Source: Deltaproteobacteria bacterium (GTDB lineage Bacteria; Bdellovibrionota; FAC87; UBA2466). Taken from it: 64,000 nucleotides of DNA. The position numbers and the translations under genes are program-made. Shown one piece after another: positions 27,646 to 36,313 of this stretch; position 1 is the first letter of the stretch; each line of letters opens with the position of its first letter. The stretch covers positions 2,892 through 66,891 of the forward strand of contig OMIX01000089.1 in NCBI GenBank assembly GCA_900299195.1, written 5' to 3'. The notes beneath the pieces are model-generated. The model worked only from the letters and a program-made list of their open reading frames with translations, was not told the DNA's origin and did not search any database.

Positions 27646-28411
27646 AATATCCCAGTACGGCTCTTGTCATATCAAAGTCACGTTCATTTTCGATAAATAA
27701 TATTTTGCGATATTCCGTAGCATCCTCAATCATATTATTCATGGGATCTGCGATAAGATTGCTTTTTGGAAGATAAACAAAGACATGGGAAAATGTTGGT
27801 TCGTTTTTTTCTTCTCGAGCATCTGCAACTCTTAGCTCTGCTTCGATCCCAAGTTGTTTAAGAATTTTATATAAAATGGTGGCCTTGTGGCGGCAAACTC
27901 CTCTATCTTTGACACGGGAATCAAGAAAACTCGAGGCAAAACGAACTGTGTTGGGATGGAGAACCAAAGTAGACCACACGATTTGACCACCTTTTCCATC
28001 ATCACTGGGATCTCCTCCGTAGAGTTTGCTAATAAACATCTTCAATATTTGTTTTAGGTTTTGACCTGAATACTTCAGTAACTCTCTTTCTTCCGCTGTT
28101 AAGTGAGAAACAATATTGTCCCAATCAAAGTAAATACCAAACCCGATGTGAGGTGCCTGACGAGTAAACGACTGGATTTGGTGTATCAAAATGGGAATAG
28201 CTCCAACAGCGGTTAAAGTACCGCCTAATCCGACAATTCTTGTTAAAGTTTGCCGACAGGAGTAGCGAGTAGCAGTTGACTGGATCGAATCCGAAAGGAA
28301 TACAGTTCTCTCGCCTTTTATTTTTTCGATATCTGAAATTTCCAAGCCTAGGGCGCCGATATTTGTTAGACAGATACAAATAAATACGATACTTCCACGG
28401 TATCTCAGCAT
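27635..28411 (-). CDS. transglutaminase-like (TGL) cysteine protease superfamily protein, exported
   Basis: Cys-His-Asp core 'GVCRHKA ... SHVFVYL ... LIADP' with canonical spacing; N-terminal signal sequence; 3' end overlaps the kinase start by 11 nt. Confidence 0.55.
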   Translation of the reverse strand: MLRYRGSIVFICICLTNIGALGLEISDIEKIKGERTVFLSDSIQSTATRYSCRQTLTRIVGLGGTLTAVGAIPILIHQIQSFTRQAPHIGFGIYFDWDNIVSHLTAEERELLKYSGQNLKQILKMFISKLYGGDPSDDGKGGQIVWSTLVLHPNTVRFASSFLDSRVKDRGVCRHKATILYKILKQLGIEAELRVADAREEKNEPTFSHVFVYLPKSNLIADPMNNMIEDATEYRKILFIENERDFDMTRAVLGYYAP

Positions 28412-28556
28412 ACCAAAGCCTTTCTTTGCCCCATTTCTTCTTGGTTAATGCAAATGGGATTCCATGAAAGAGAGATTAAAAAAGCTTTTTTTTCATAGTT
28501 TGAGTTGATCGGGGATAAGACAGAGATTTTTACCAAAGCATTAAAATCGAAAGAGT

Positions 28557-29303
28557 TTACTTTGATGGGACAGATCCGCTTTGTTGGATTGGAATAAGAT
28601 AGACATGGGTATAACCTAGTTCTTGAAGTTGCTTTTTAAACGAGCGGGAAGTTTCTGAGTCGCGAATAAGAATAATTTTATCCCGGTGGGTAATCATTCC
28701 ATGGGTAGCAGTACTGATAGCTTTTTTTAATTGGGTTCGACTCCAATTTTCACTCTTTGCCTTTTCTATCATTTCGCTATGGATCGATTGGGCTCGTTTA
28801 AAATCGGGAGGATTTGATACTTCAATTTCGATCGATTCTTTTAGGGTGATTAAGCTTGGAATTTCTTGGGAAATAGGAAATCCGCTCGCCTTCGAAATAG
28901 GGATGAGATGATTGTTGAGTACGTCCGAACGATCCAGAAGAACTAAGGGGCTAGGGGGGTTCTTAAAAAAGAACATGACATCTAAATCGCTTTTTTGTTC
29001 GGGAGAGTATCCGTAACTGAAATGGGTTCTGCTTCCAAAAAGCACCATCGCCTCAACATCACTAAAGTCTGGGTTGTTTTTGAAGATATCTATGAGCTCA
29101 TTGAGTTGGTTTTGGCTCATACCCATCGGGGTGGGAATGCCCTGATATCGCTTGGCTTCGAAGTTAAGAAGCTCACGGCAGTTAGTTTTGGGAATGGCAA
29201 GAGAGTAATGGCACACAAGCCCAAATGTCATAATAATAGACAGAGCTATATGTTTTTTTACAGTATTCATCGTTTTCTGACTCAATTCCAAATGCCAAAA
29301 CAT
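28557..29303 (-). CDS. Pol-beta-fold nucleotidyltransferase with Sec signal peptide (start probably at 29270, 'MNTVKKH')
   Basis: 'LFGSRTHF...SDLDVMFF' (G-S-x14-D-x-D) minimal nucleotidyltransferase signature; n-h-c signal peptide 'MNTVKKHIALSIIMTFGLVCHYSLA'. Confidence 0.5.
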   Translation of the reverse strand: MFWHLELSQKTMNTVKKHIALSIIMTFGLVCHYSLAIPKTNCRELLNFEAKRYQGIPTPMGMSQNQLNELIDIFKNNPDFSDVEAMVLFGSRTHFSYGYSPEQKSDLDVMFFFKNPPSPLVLLDRSDVLNNHLIPISKASGFPISQEIPSLITLKESIEIEVSNPPDFKRAQSIHSEMIEKAKSENWSRTQLKKAISTATHGMITHRDKIILIRDSETSRSFKKQLQELGYTHVYLIPIQQSGSVPSK

Positions 29304-29362
29304 TTAGGCTGCAATAGAAAGGCCGATTTTTGAGGAAAGGATGTCTCCGGAATGTACCCGGA

Positions 29363-29439
29363 TGGTGGGCGCCACAGGACTCGAACCTGTGACCTCTGCC
29401 GTGTGAAGGCAGCGCTCTAACCAGCTGAGCTAGGCGCCC
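29363..29439 (-). tRNA. tRNA-Val (anticodon CAC) with encoded CCA
   Basis: Reverse complement GGGCGCCTAGCTCAGCTGGTTAGAGCGCTGCCTTCACACGGCAGAGGTCACAGGTTCGAGTCCTGTGGCGCCCACCA folds as a cloverleaf; anticodon loop TTCACAC. Confidence 0.85.
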
Positions 29440-29471
29440 TCGATAAGTTCCATATTAGAAATTTTAATTTT

Positions 29472-29557
29472 TGGTGCGACGGGGGGGACTTGAACCCCCA
29501 CGCCTTTCAGCACATGCACCTCAAACATGCGTGTCTGCCATTCCACCACCGTCGCAC
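29472..29557 (-). tRNA. tRNA-Leu (anticodon GAG), long variable arm, encoded CCA
   Basis: Reverse complement GTGCGACGG...GTCGCACCA; anticodon stem CATGT/GCATG with loop TTGAGGT; type II variable arm; GTTCAAGTC T-loop. Confidence 0.8.
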
Positions 29558-29575
29558 AGAAAATTTTCAAAGAAA

Positions 29576-29935
29576 CTACTTCTTAGCTGGCTCCGCAGGA
29601 GTTGTAGGCTGAGCCGCTTTATTTGCGGGAGCCCCCTCTTTTGCACCTTCAGTCTTTGGAGTCTGAGGAGCTTCGGAAACCGGTTCTTTTCCTATCACAC
29701 TCTTTGTGACATTCAAGCTTCTAGAGCGTGTCAGAAAGAAACTCGTCACTAAAAATAAAACAGCACAAACCGAAGTAGTTTTAGTTAAAAAGTTGCCCGC
29801 TCCTTTGCTACCAAAGATGCTTTGGCTCGAACTTCCACCAAAGGCTACTCCACCATCTGCCTTTCCAGGCTGAAGTAGAATCACAAAAACCAAAAAGGCA
29901 CAAATCGCAATGTGCAAAATAACTAATAGTGTCAC
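29576..29935 (-). CDS. secG: preprotein translocase subunit SecG
   Basis: Two TM helices flanking a Gly-rich loop 'LLQPGKADGGVAFGGSSSQSIFGSKGAGNFL'; located after tpiA as in many bacteria. Confidence 0.75.
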   Translation of the reverse strand: MTLLVILHIAICAFLVFVILLQPGKADGGVAFGGSSSQSIFGSKGAGNFLTKTTSVCAVLFLVTSFFLTRSRSLNVTKSVIGKEPVSEAPQTPKTEGAKEGAPANKAAQPTTPAEPAKK

Positions 29936-29944
29936 GTTTTCTCC

Positions 29945-30715
29945 TTAACTTTTCAAACCTCTATTAACAATTTCACCAAAAGAAAGCGGATCCAAACTCG
30001 CTCCCCCAACCAACAAACCATCAACATCTTCCATGCTCATCAGTTGAGCAGAGTTCTCAGCTTTTACACTCCCACCATACAGAATTCTAGTTCGGTTCGC
30101 AAAGGTTGATGAAATATTCTTAGAAAGCCACTGCCGAATAAATGCATGAACCTCTTGGGCTTGGTCCGGTGTTGCATTTTCTCCAGTTCCAATAGCCCAA
30201 ACTGGCTCATAAGCAATCACTAAAGGTTTTAGGATAGCTTCGCCTAAATCTTTTAACCCTGCTAACTGACCCTCAATGACCGAAAAAGTACGGTTAGCCT
30301 TGCGCTCTTCGAGCTTTTCCCCCACACAAAAAACTGGTGTCAGTCCCTCTTCTAGAGCCGCTTTAAGCCTCGCATTCACTAAAGCATTATCTTCTTTAAA
30401 CACATGGCGTCTCTCAGAGTGGCCCAAAATCACCCAACGAACCCCAAGATCCTTCAACATCACTGGAGAAATTTCTCCGGTAAAAGCGCCCGACTTCGCA
30501 GCTCCACAGTTTTGAGCCGCAACTTGAACGTGAGTGCCTTGAGTCATCTTCGTTAAATCCGATAAGTAAACTGCCACTGGAGCCAGCACCATTTCACCAC
30601 GAGAACTTTGTCTTTGAGTCGCTTCACAAAAAGGCCCTACAAAAGCCTGAACCTCACGGCCCACCTTGTTCATTTTCCAATTTGCTATAAAAAGCGGAGT
30701 TCTTAAGTCCACCAT
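29945..30715 (-). CDS. tpiA: triose-phosphate isomerase (start at 30715 'MVDLRTPLFIANWKMN'; longer ORF to 30739 overlaps pgk)
   Basis: 'ANWKMN', 'ILGHSERR', 'VFCVGE', 'IAYEPVWAIGTG' motifs. Confidence 0.9.
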   Translation of the reverse strand: MVDLRTPLFIANWKMNKVGREVQAFVGPFCEATQRQSSRGEMVLAPVAVYLSDLTKMTQGTHVQVAAQNCGAAKSGAFTGEISPVMLKDLGVRWVILGHSERRHVFKEDNALVNARLKAALEEGLTPVFCVGEKLEERKANRTFSVIEGQLAGLKDLGEAILKPLVIAYEPVWAIGTGENATPDQAQEVHAFIRQWLSKNISSTFANRTRILYGGSVKAENSAQLMSMEDVDGLLVGGASLDPLSFGEIVNRGLKS

Positions 30716-30719
30716 GGAT

Positions 30720-31937
30720 TTATCCCTGCTCTCTTTCAATCCGCTCCAAAACCTTTAGGCCTGGAAGGGTCTTACCCTCTAAATATTCCAGGGTAGCTCC
30801 TCCCCCCGTGCTGATAAAATCAAACGAAGCTTCAAGTCCTGCTTTCATGATCGCAGCTGCAGAATCTCCACCCCCTACCAGTTTGACAGCTTTGGTTTGA
30901 GCCAGAAGTTTGGCCACTTCGAAAGTTCCCTTTGCAAAGGCCGGCTCTTCAAAAACACCCATCGGACCATTCCAAAAAATGGTCTCAGCCGTCTCAAGGG
31001 CAGTAGCAATCTTAGCCACAGTTTTGGGTCCTATATCTAAACCCAATTTATCGTCGGGAATATCAATTCCACTGGTAATTGAAACATTCTGAGTATCACC
31101 AAAAGCTAAGCTGACTACATGATCCTCAGGAAGTATCAATCTAACAGTTCGAGCATCTGCTCCCCGAATAATTTTCTTGGCTAACTGAACCTGTTTCTCT
31201 TCACACAAGCTCTTACCAACTTGAAAACCTTTGGCAGCCAGAAAAGAATAAGCCATGGCACCACCAATGACCACCGTATCAACTTTAGGAAGAAAATATT
31301 CGAGGACCCCAATTTTATCCGAAACTTTGGATCCTCCCATCAGCAGCAGAAAAGGCCGCTTGGGATGATCTTTCAACGGAGCTAAGAATTTCAGTTCTTT
31401 CTCAACCAAAAAACCGATCGCTCGGTTTTTAATGATCTTAGGAAGACCTTCAGTTGAAGCATGGGCTCGATGTAAAGTTCCAAACGCATCACTAATATAA
31501 ACATCACAAAGTTCAGCTAATCGATTGACGAATTCCGGTGAGTTTTCTTCTTCGCCAGGATGGAACCTTAGGTTTTCCAAAAGCATCACATCGCCAGCTC
31601 GCATTTGATGAGAAAGCCCTCGCGGAGCATCTCCTACGCAATCTTCAGTCAATAAAACGTCTTTCCCCAAAACCCGACTTAAATAACTTCCCACAGGCTC
31701 GAGACTGTATTTGGGATTAGGCTGCCCTTTGGGTCGCCCCAAATGAGATCCTAAAATAACCTTTCCCCCTTGTTCCATCACAAAACGAATCGTGGGAAGA
31801 GCTTCCTCAATTCGTCTAGGATCGGCAACTTCGTAAGAATCGCCCGCCTGTTTCAAGGGAACATTAAAATCCACTCGAATAAAAACTCTTTTGTTTTTTA
31901 ATTCAAGTTCAGTGAGTTTCGGATAAGAAATCTTCAT
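30720..31937 (-). CDS. pgk: phosphoglycerate kinase
   Basis: 'RVDFNVPL' N-terminal motif, hinge and ATP-binding motifs, 405 aa. Confidence 0.9.
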   Translation of the reverse strand: MKISYPKLTELELKNKRVFIRVDFNVPLKQAGDSYEVADPRRIEEALPTIRFVMEQGGKVILGSHLGRPKGQPNPKYSLEPVGSYLSRVLGKDVLLTEDCVGDAPRGLSHQMRAGDVMLLENLRFHPGEEENSPEFVNRLAELCDVYISDAFGTLHRAHASTEGLPKIIKNRAIGFLVEKELKFLAPLKDHPKRPFLLLMGGSKVSDKIGVLEYFLPKVDTVVIGGAMAYSFLAAKGFQVGKSLCEEKQVQLAKKIIRGADARTVRLILPEDHVVSLAFGDTQNVSITSGIDIPDDKLGLDIGPKTVAKIATALETAETIFWNGPMGVFEEPAFAKGTFEVAKLLAQTKAVKLVGGGDSAAAIMKAGLEASFDFISTGGGATLEYLEGKTLPGLKVLERIEREQG

Positions 31938-31949
31938 TAAAAAAACCGA

Positions 31950-32972
31950 TTAAAAATTGGATTTTTGCGAGATGAAACTTGCAAGATCCAACATGCGGGT
32001 TGAGAAACCCGTTTCGTTGTCATACCAGGACAATACTTTCACCATCGTTCCATCAACGACCATGGTAGATTCCATATCCACTGAAGAAGACCAAGAAGTC
32101 CCGTTAAAATCTGACGAAACTAAAGGTGCTTTCACAGCTTGTAAAACTCCCTTGAGAGGTCCTGATTTCGCAGCAGCTTCGAAAGCCGCATTCACTTGTT
32201 CCGCAGTGGTTGGCTTTTTCACGTCAGCCACAAAATCGACTAATGAAACATTAGGGGTTGGAACTCGAACCGCAAGTCCAGTTAACTTTCCTTTGAGCTC
32301 GGGCATAACCAATCCAACTGCTTTAGCAGCCCCCGTCGTAGTAGGAATCATATTCAAAGCGCCAGCTCTCATTCTTCTGTAATCGGAATGCCCAAGATCA
32401 AGAATTCGTTGATCATTGGTGTACGAATGGACCGTCGTCATCAATCCGCGCTCAATACCAAAATTCTCGTGAAGAACCTTAACTACCGGAGCTAAGCAAT
32501 TGGTCGTGCAAGAGGCGTTAGAAACAATGTGATCGACCGCGGGATTAAAGGTTTCATGGTTAATTCCGTAAACTAAAGTTTTAATCTTTTGCTCGTCTTT
32601 GCAAGGAGCTGAAATGATCACTTTTTTTGCTCCAGCATTCAAATGTTTGGAAGCTCCGTCAAACCCAGTGAAAATTCCTGTCGACTCAATCACAATATCT
32701 ACATTCAATTCTTTCCAAGGAATTTCACCAGGATCTTTTCTAGTGAAAACTCTAACCTCTTTTCCATCGATCGACAGAGTATCTTTGGTGGACGACACCG
32801 TGTGGTTCCAGACTCCATGCACCGAATCGTATTTCAACAGATGAGCGTTTTGTTCTGTGGGGGTTAAGTCGTTAATGGCCACCACCTCAAACTCAGGTCG
32901 GTCAGCCAAAAGTCGCATAGTCACTCGGCCAATACGGCCAAATCCGTTGATCCCGATTCGTGTTTTTTTCAT
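31950..32972 (-). CDS. gap: glyceraldehyde-3-phosphate dehydrogenase (start probably 32972 'MKKTRIGINGFGRIGR'; ORF extends to 32990)
   Basis: 'INGFGRIGR' NAD-binding motif, catalytic 'SNASCTTNCLAP', 346 aa. Confidence 0.9.
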   Translation of the reverse strand: MKKTRIGINGFGRIGRVTMRLLADRPEFEVVAINDLTPTEQNAHLLKYDSVHGVWNHTVSSTKDTLSIDGKEVRVFTRKDPGEIPWKELNVDIVIESTGIFTGFDGASKHLNAGAKKVIISAPCKDEQKIKTLVYGINHETFNPAVDHIVSNASCTTNCLAPVVKVLHENFGIERGLMTTVHSYTNDQRILDLGHSDYRRMRAGALNMIPTTTGAAKAVGLVMPELKGKLTGLAVRVPTPNVSLVDFVADVKKPTTAEQVNAAFEAAAKSGPLKGVLQAVKAPLVSSDFNGTSWSSSVDMESTMVVDGTMVKVLSWYDNETGFSTRMLDLASFISQKSNF

Positions 32973-33133
32973 AGAACCCTTTCTTCTCAAAAAGAAAAAA
33001 TTTGTTAGCTAGATGTATAGCGAAAAGGTACAGACTTCAACTATTTAGTAAGGATTGACATAATGCAATAAACCAAGTTAAGAGTTGCGCTGAGGAGACA
33101 AGTGGCTCTTAAAGTAGAAGCGATCATTGCCGA

Positions 33134-34117
33134 ATGGATTTTGAAATCTTAAAAGTAGAAAAGTCTTTATTTATCAAAGACTTAAAACCAAAAGAAACGG
33201 TAAGAACCTCGTTCTTGGTTAAATCTAAGGAAGTCTCTTATTCTAAAAACGGGAAACCTTACCTCTCACTTTTACTCAGTGACTCAACCGGGGACCTGGA
33301 GGGTCGTGTTTGGGACAATGCTGAAGATCTGAGTGCTACTTTTTCCGAAGGAAGTATCGTTGCTGTCGGAGGAAAATTAAATGTGTTTCAAAACCGTCAC
33401 CAATTGGTGATTGATCATTTAATTCCCCTGCCATCTGACAAAGCTAAAGTGGAAGATTACTTACCTCAAGGCCTAGAGGATACCGAGGCTCTTTTCGCAA
33501 AACTGATCCACTACTTTGAATCTCTAACTAACCCATGGGTGAAAGAACTAGGTCTTAAACTTCTTAACGATCCTGAAATAGCTCCACGGTATAAAGTTTG
33601 TCCAGCCGCAAAAACCATTCACCACGCTTTTATCGGGGGGCTCCTAACTCACTCGGTTCAACTCTGTGATTTGATCGAAGCTGTTCTTCCGCTTTATCGA
33701 GGGATTGACAGAAACCTCATGTTATTTGGAGCGGCATTTCACGATTTTGGAAAAATTTTCGAACTCAATTACCAAGGAAAATTGGGTTACACCGATGAAG
33801 GAAGACTGGTCGGCCACATCGCCATCGGTGTTGTACTCGTCGATAGAAAAATTCGAGAGATCGCTGATTTTCCTAAAGAACTTGAGTACCACTTAAAACA
33901 TCTTATCCTATCGCATCACGGAAAACTGGAACACGGCTCTCCAAAACGACCTCATACATTAGAATCAGAACTGTTGCACCAGTTGGATCATTTAGATTCC
34001 AGAATTAACAGTATTCAAACCTTCATGAACTCGGAAAAAAACAACTCACGTTGGTCGGGCTACCACAAAACCTTCGACCAATATTATTTCAAGCCCATTC
34101 AAATGCTGTTAGAATAA
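33134..34117 (+). CDS. OB-fold plus HD-domain protein, 3'-5' exoribonuclease YhaM-like
   Basis: N-terminal OB-fold region, HD motif 'HHAFIGGLLTHS ... FHDFGK ... SHHG'. Confidence 0.65.
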   Translation: MDFEILKVEKSLFIKDLKPKETVRTSFLVKSKEVSYSKNGKPYLSLLLSDSTGDLEGRVWDNAEDLSATFSEGSIVAVGGKLNVFQNRHQLVIDHLIPLPSDKAKVEDYLPQGLEDTEALFAKLIHYFESLTNPWVKELGLKLLNDPEIAPRYKVCPAAKTIHHAFIGGLLTHSVQLCDLIEAVLPLYRGIDRNLMLFGAAFHDFGKIFELNYQGKLGYTDEGRLVGHIAIGVVLVDRKIREIADFPKELEYHLKHLILSHHGKLEHGSPKRPHTLESELLHQLDHLDSRINSIQTFMNSEKNNSRWSGYHKTFDQYYFKPIQMLLE

Positions 34118-34122
34118 ACGGC

Positions 34123-34887
34123 ATGAATGAACTTGAATCTATTTTAAATACCGCTACTCAAATTGCAGAACAGGCCGCTGAAATTGCACAATCCTATTTC
34201 AGACAAGCGATTCTTATCGAGATGAAAGAAAACATGACACCGGTCACAGTCGCTGACAAGAAGACCGAAGAATTCATTCGAAAAGAGTTAGCCTCTGCAT
34301 TTCCCGGATTTGGTATTTGCGGAGAAGAATTTGGAGAAGAAGGAAAAGAGCAGGAATTGGTTTGGACCGTCGATCCTATCGATGGAACCAAAAGTTTTAT
34401 CAAAGGAATACCCTTATTCGGGACTCTCTTGGGCCTTTTGCAGCACGGGGAACCCATCATGGGTGTCATGGTGCTTCCGGCCTTAAAAGAAACCTACACC
34501 GCCGCTAAAGACCTTGGAACTTATTGCAACGGACATCAATTACACGTCTCCCAAAAAACCAGCCTGGAATCTTCTTTTGTTTCGATTGGAGACATAGATT
34601 GTTTTGAGGCCTCAAGACAAACTAAGGGATTACATCGATTGCTAGACAAAGCGGAATTTGTTCGAGGTTACACCGATTGTTTTGGGCACTCTTGTGTGAT
34701 GCGCGGAGGTATCGATGCCATGATCGATCCCGTAGTGTCCTTGTGGGACATTGCTCCCCTAGCCTGCTTAATTAAAGAAGCGGGTGGAGAGTATTTCAGC
34801 CTTGGTGGAAGTGAAACTATTCACGAAACGAGTTTCATCACCTGTGGCCCAGGGCTCAAAAAAGAAATACTTTCTATTCTCGGTTAA
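34123..34887 (+). CDS. inositol monophosphatase family protein (SuhB-like); ORF upstream extension to 34051 would overlap the preceding gene
   Basis: 'WTVDPIDGT' (DPIDGT) and 'GGIDAMID' motifs. Confidence 0.8.
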   Translation: MNELESILNTATQIAEQAAEIAQSYFRQAILIEMKENMTPVTVADKKTEEFIRKELASAFPGFGICGEEFGEEGKEQELVWTVDPIDGTKSFIKGIPLFGTLLGLLQHGEPIMGVMVLPALKETYTAAKDLGTYCNGHQLHVSQKTSLESSFVSIGDIDCFEASRQTKGLHRLLDKAEFVRGYTDCFGHSCVMRGGIDAMIDPVVSLWDIAPLACLIKEAGGEYFSLGGSETIHETSFITCGPGLKKEILSILG

Positions 34888-36308
34888 TTCACCAACTCAT
34901 CGGGAGTATAAACTTTAGAAATCGTTAATCGTTTTTCTTGTGGAATATCTTTTTGAAACTCTTCCAAATCCTTTGCAACCACATCTTTATCCGCCACCAA
35001 AGCGATCAACCAACTTTGAGTATTATGTTTTTCTTTTAACACTGATTTTAACTTCTTATTATTGATTCCACCGATTGTCTCAGAAAACTCCTCAGGACTT
35101 AAAATGGGAATGTTGTAGAGATAGCTCGTCAGTTTTTGAGAAACTCTTTTCTCTGCAGTTTCAAATTCAAAGGGATAGGAGTTAATCAAGCTATCTTTAG
35201 CCAAATCCAACTCATCTCCAGAAAGACCACTCTCTAAGTAGGACTTCCACATCTCTAGTGTTTTAAAAATAGTTTTAGATGTGTACTCAACACTAGGAGT
35301 TGAGGAAATACTAAACAGCCCTTGCTGATTCGATACCCCGCCCAACGATGCATAGGAACTGCCAATGGCATAGGTCCATCCCAATTCGCCTCGAATCGTT
35401 TTAAACAAACGAGAAACTAAAGGCTCACCCCCAAAGGAAAAATTTCCAGTTTTTAAGGTGTATCGATCGGGATCTTGAGCGGTAATTCCACCTTGTGCAA
35501 AAAAGAGAGAGCCCGTAGAGGTTTTTGGCTTGTGGATTACTATCAAAGTGGGCTTTTCAGGAATCTGTAACTTAACTGCCCGCTTAGGCGGCTTGGCCCC
35601 ATCGGGAAACTGTCGCCAAATCCGAGCAAAATCGGAAATCATTTCAGATTCAGGAAAAGGTGAAGCTGCTGCAAAAATAATTTTGGGTCGATCAAAATAA
35701 TCATTATATTTTCTTAGAACATCAGAAAGGGAAATTTTCTCAATAGTAGACTGACTTCCTATGACTGGACGCTCTAGAGGAGTGCCTTTAAAAATTTCTC
35801 TCCTCGCCGCGAGTCCGCCCAGTCGATTATTTGAATTTTTCACATGAAGAATGTCATTCAGGATTTCCCTTTTCAACTCTTGGAAATCTTTTTCAGTGAA
35901 AGCGGGATGAAGCAATGCCTCCTCCAAAAGAGCGATAAATTTTTGAGTATTTTCTTTAATCACTCCACCAGAAAATTGAATGGTATCTTGGGTAACGACC
36001 GCCGATAAAGCCCCACCCATTCTTTCCAATTCACTCTGAAACTTTTGTCGACTTCTTTTTTTAGTTCCACGAAGAACCATTTCGGCAACGATATTACTCA
36101 AACCACTTTTTTCTACCGGATCATCTACGCTTCCCGTCATGACGATCACACTCAAAGTGGTGGTCAGCGCTGAGGGATTTTTCTCGTAAAAAACTTTAGG
36201 TGATACAGGAACCCCATTTTCGGTTGCCGGTTCAGCCCGAAATGAGGTTTTGGTTTTTGAAAAAACTGACGATGCAATCAATAAAAAACAAAAGATGATG
36301 CGTAACAT
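34884..36308 (-). CDS. M16-family peptidase, probably the non-catalytic subunit (no HxxEH)
   Basis: Signal peptide; M16 N- and C-domain architecture without the zinc motif; 4-nt overlap with the upstream gene. Confidence 0.65.
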   Translation of the reverse strand: MLRIIFCFLLIASSVFSKTKTSFRAEPATENGVPVSPKVFYEKNPSALTTTLSVIVMTGSVDDPVEKSGLSNIVAEMVLRGTKKRSRQKFQSELERMGGALSAVVTQDTIQFSGGVIKENTQKFIALLEEALLHPAFTEKDFQELKREILNDILHVKNSNNRLGGLAARREIFKGTPLERPVIGSQSTIEKISLSDVLRKYNDYFDRPKIIFAAASPFPESEMISDFARIWRQFPDGAKPPKRAVKLQIPEKPTLIVIHKPKTSTGSLFFAQGGITAQDPDRYTLKTGNFSFGGEPLVSRLFKTIRGELGWTYAIGSSYASLGGVSNQQGLFSISSTPSVEYTSKTIFKTLEMWKSYLESGLSGDELDLAKDSLINSYPFEFETAEKRVSQKLTSYLYNIPILSPEEFSETIGGINNKKLKSVLKEKHNTQSWLIALVADKDVVAKDLEEFQKDIPQEKRLTISKVYTPDELVN

Positions 36309-36313
36309 GGATG

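Noticed and set aside
28557-29303. Nucleotidyltransferase as a CBASS CD-NTase or MNT-type toxin (defence system)
   Set aside because: It has a Sec signal peptide, is only about 215 aa mature, and has no adjacent effector, HEPN or cyclic-nucleotide sensor gene. The neighbours are exported proteins, which does not fit cytoplasmic defence logic.
24058-29439. tRNA-Val-anchored integrative island with att repeat
   Set aside because: I could not find a second copy of the tRNA-Val 3' end (ggactcgaacc...) in intergenic regions downstream, and there is no integrase. It is kept only as a low-confidence possibility in the findings.
34051-34122. Upstream extensions of several ORFs (34051 for the IMPase gene, 43536 for the SDR, 58384 for lolD, 60504 for the 735-aa ORF, 30739 for tpiA, 32990 for gap)
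   Set aside because: The extensions overlap upstream genes or lack RBS. Internal Met codons align with conserved family N-termini and have SD sequences, so shorter starts were chosen.
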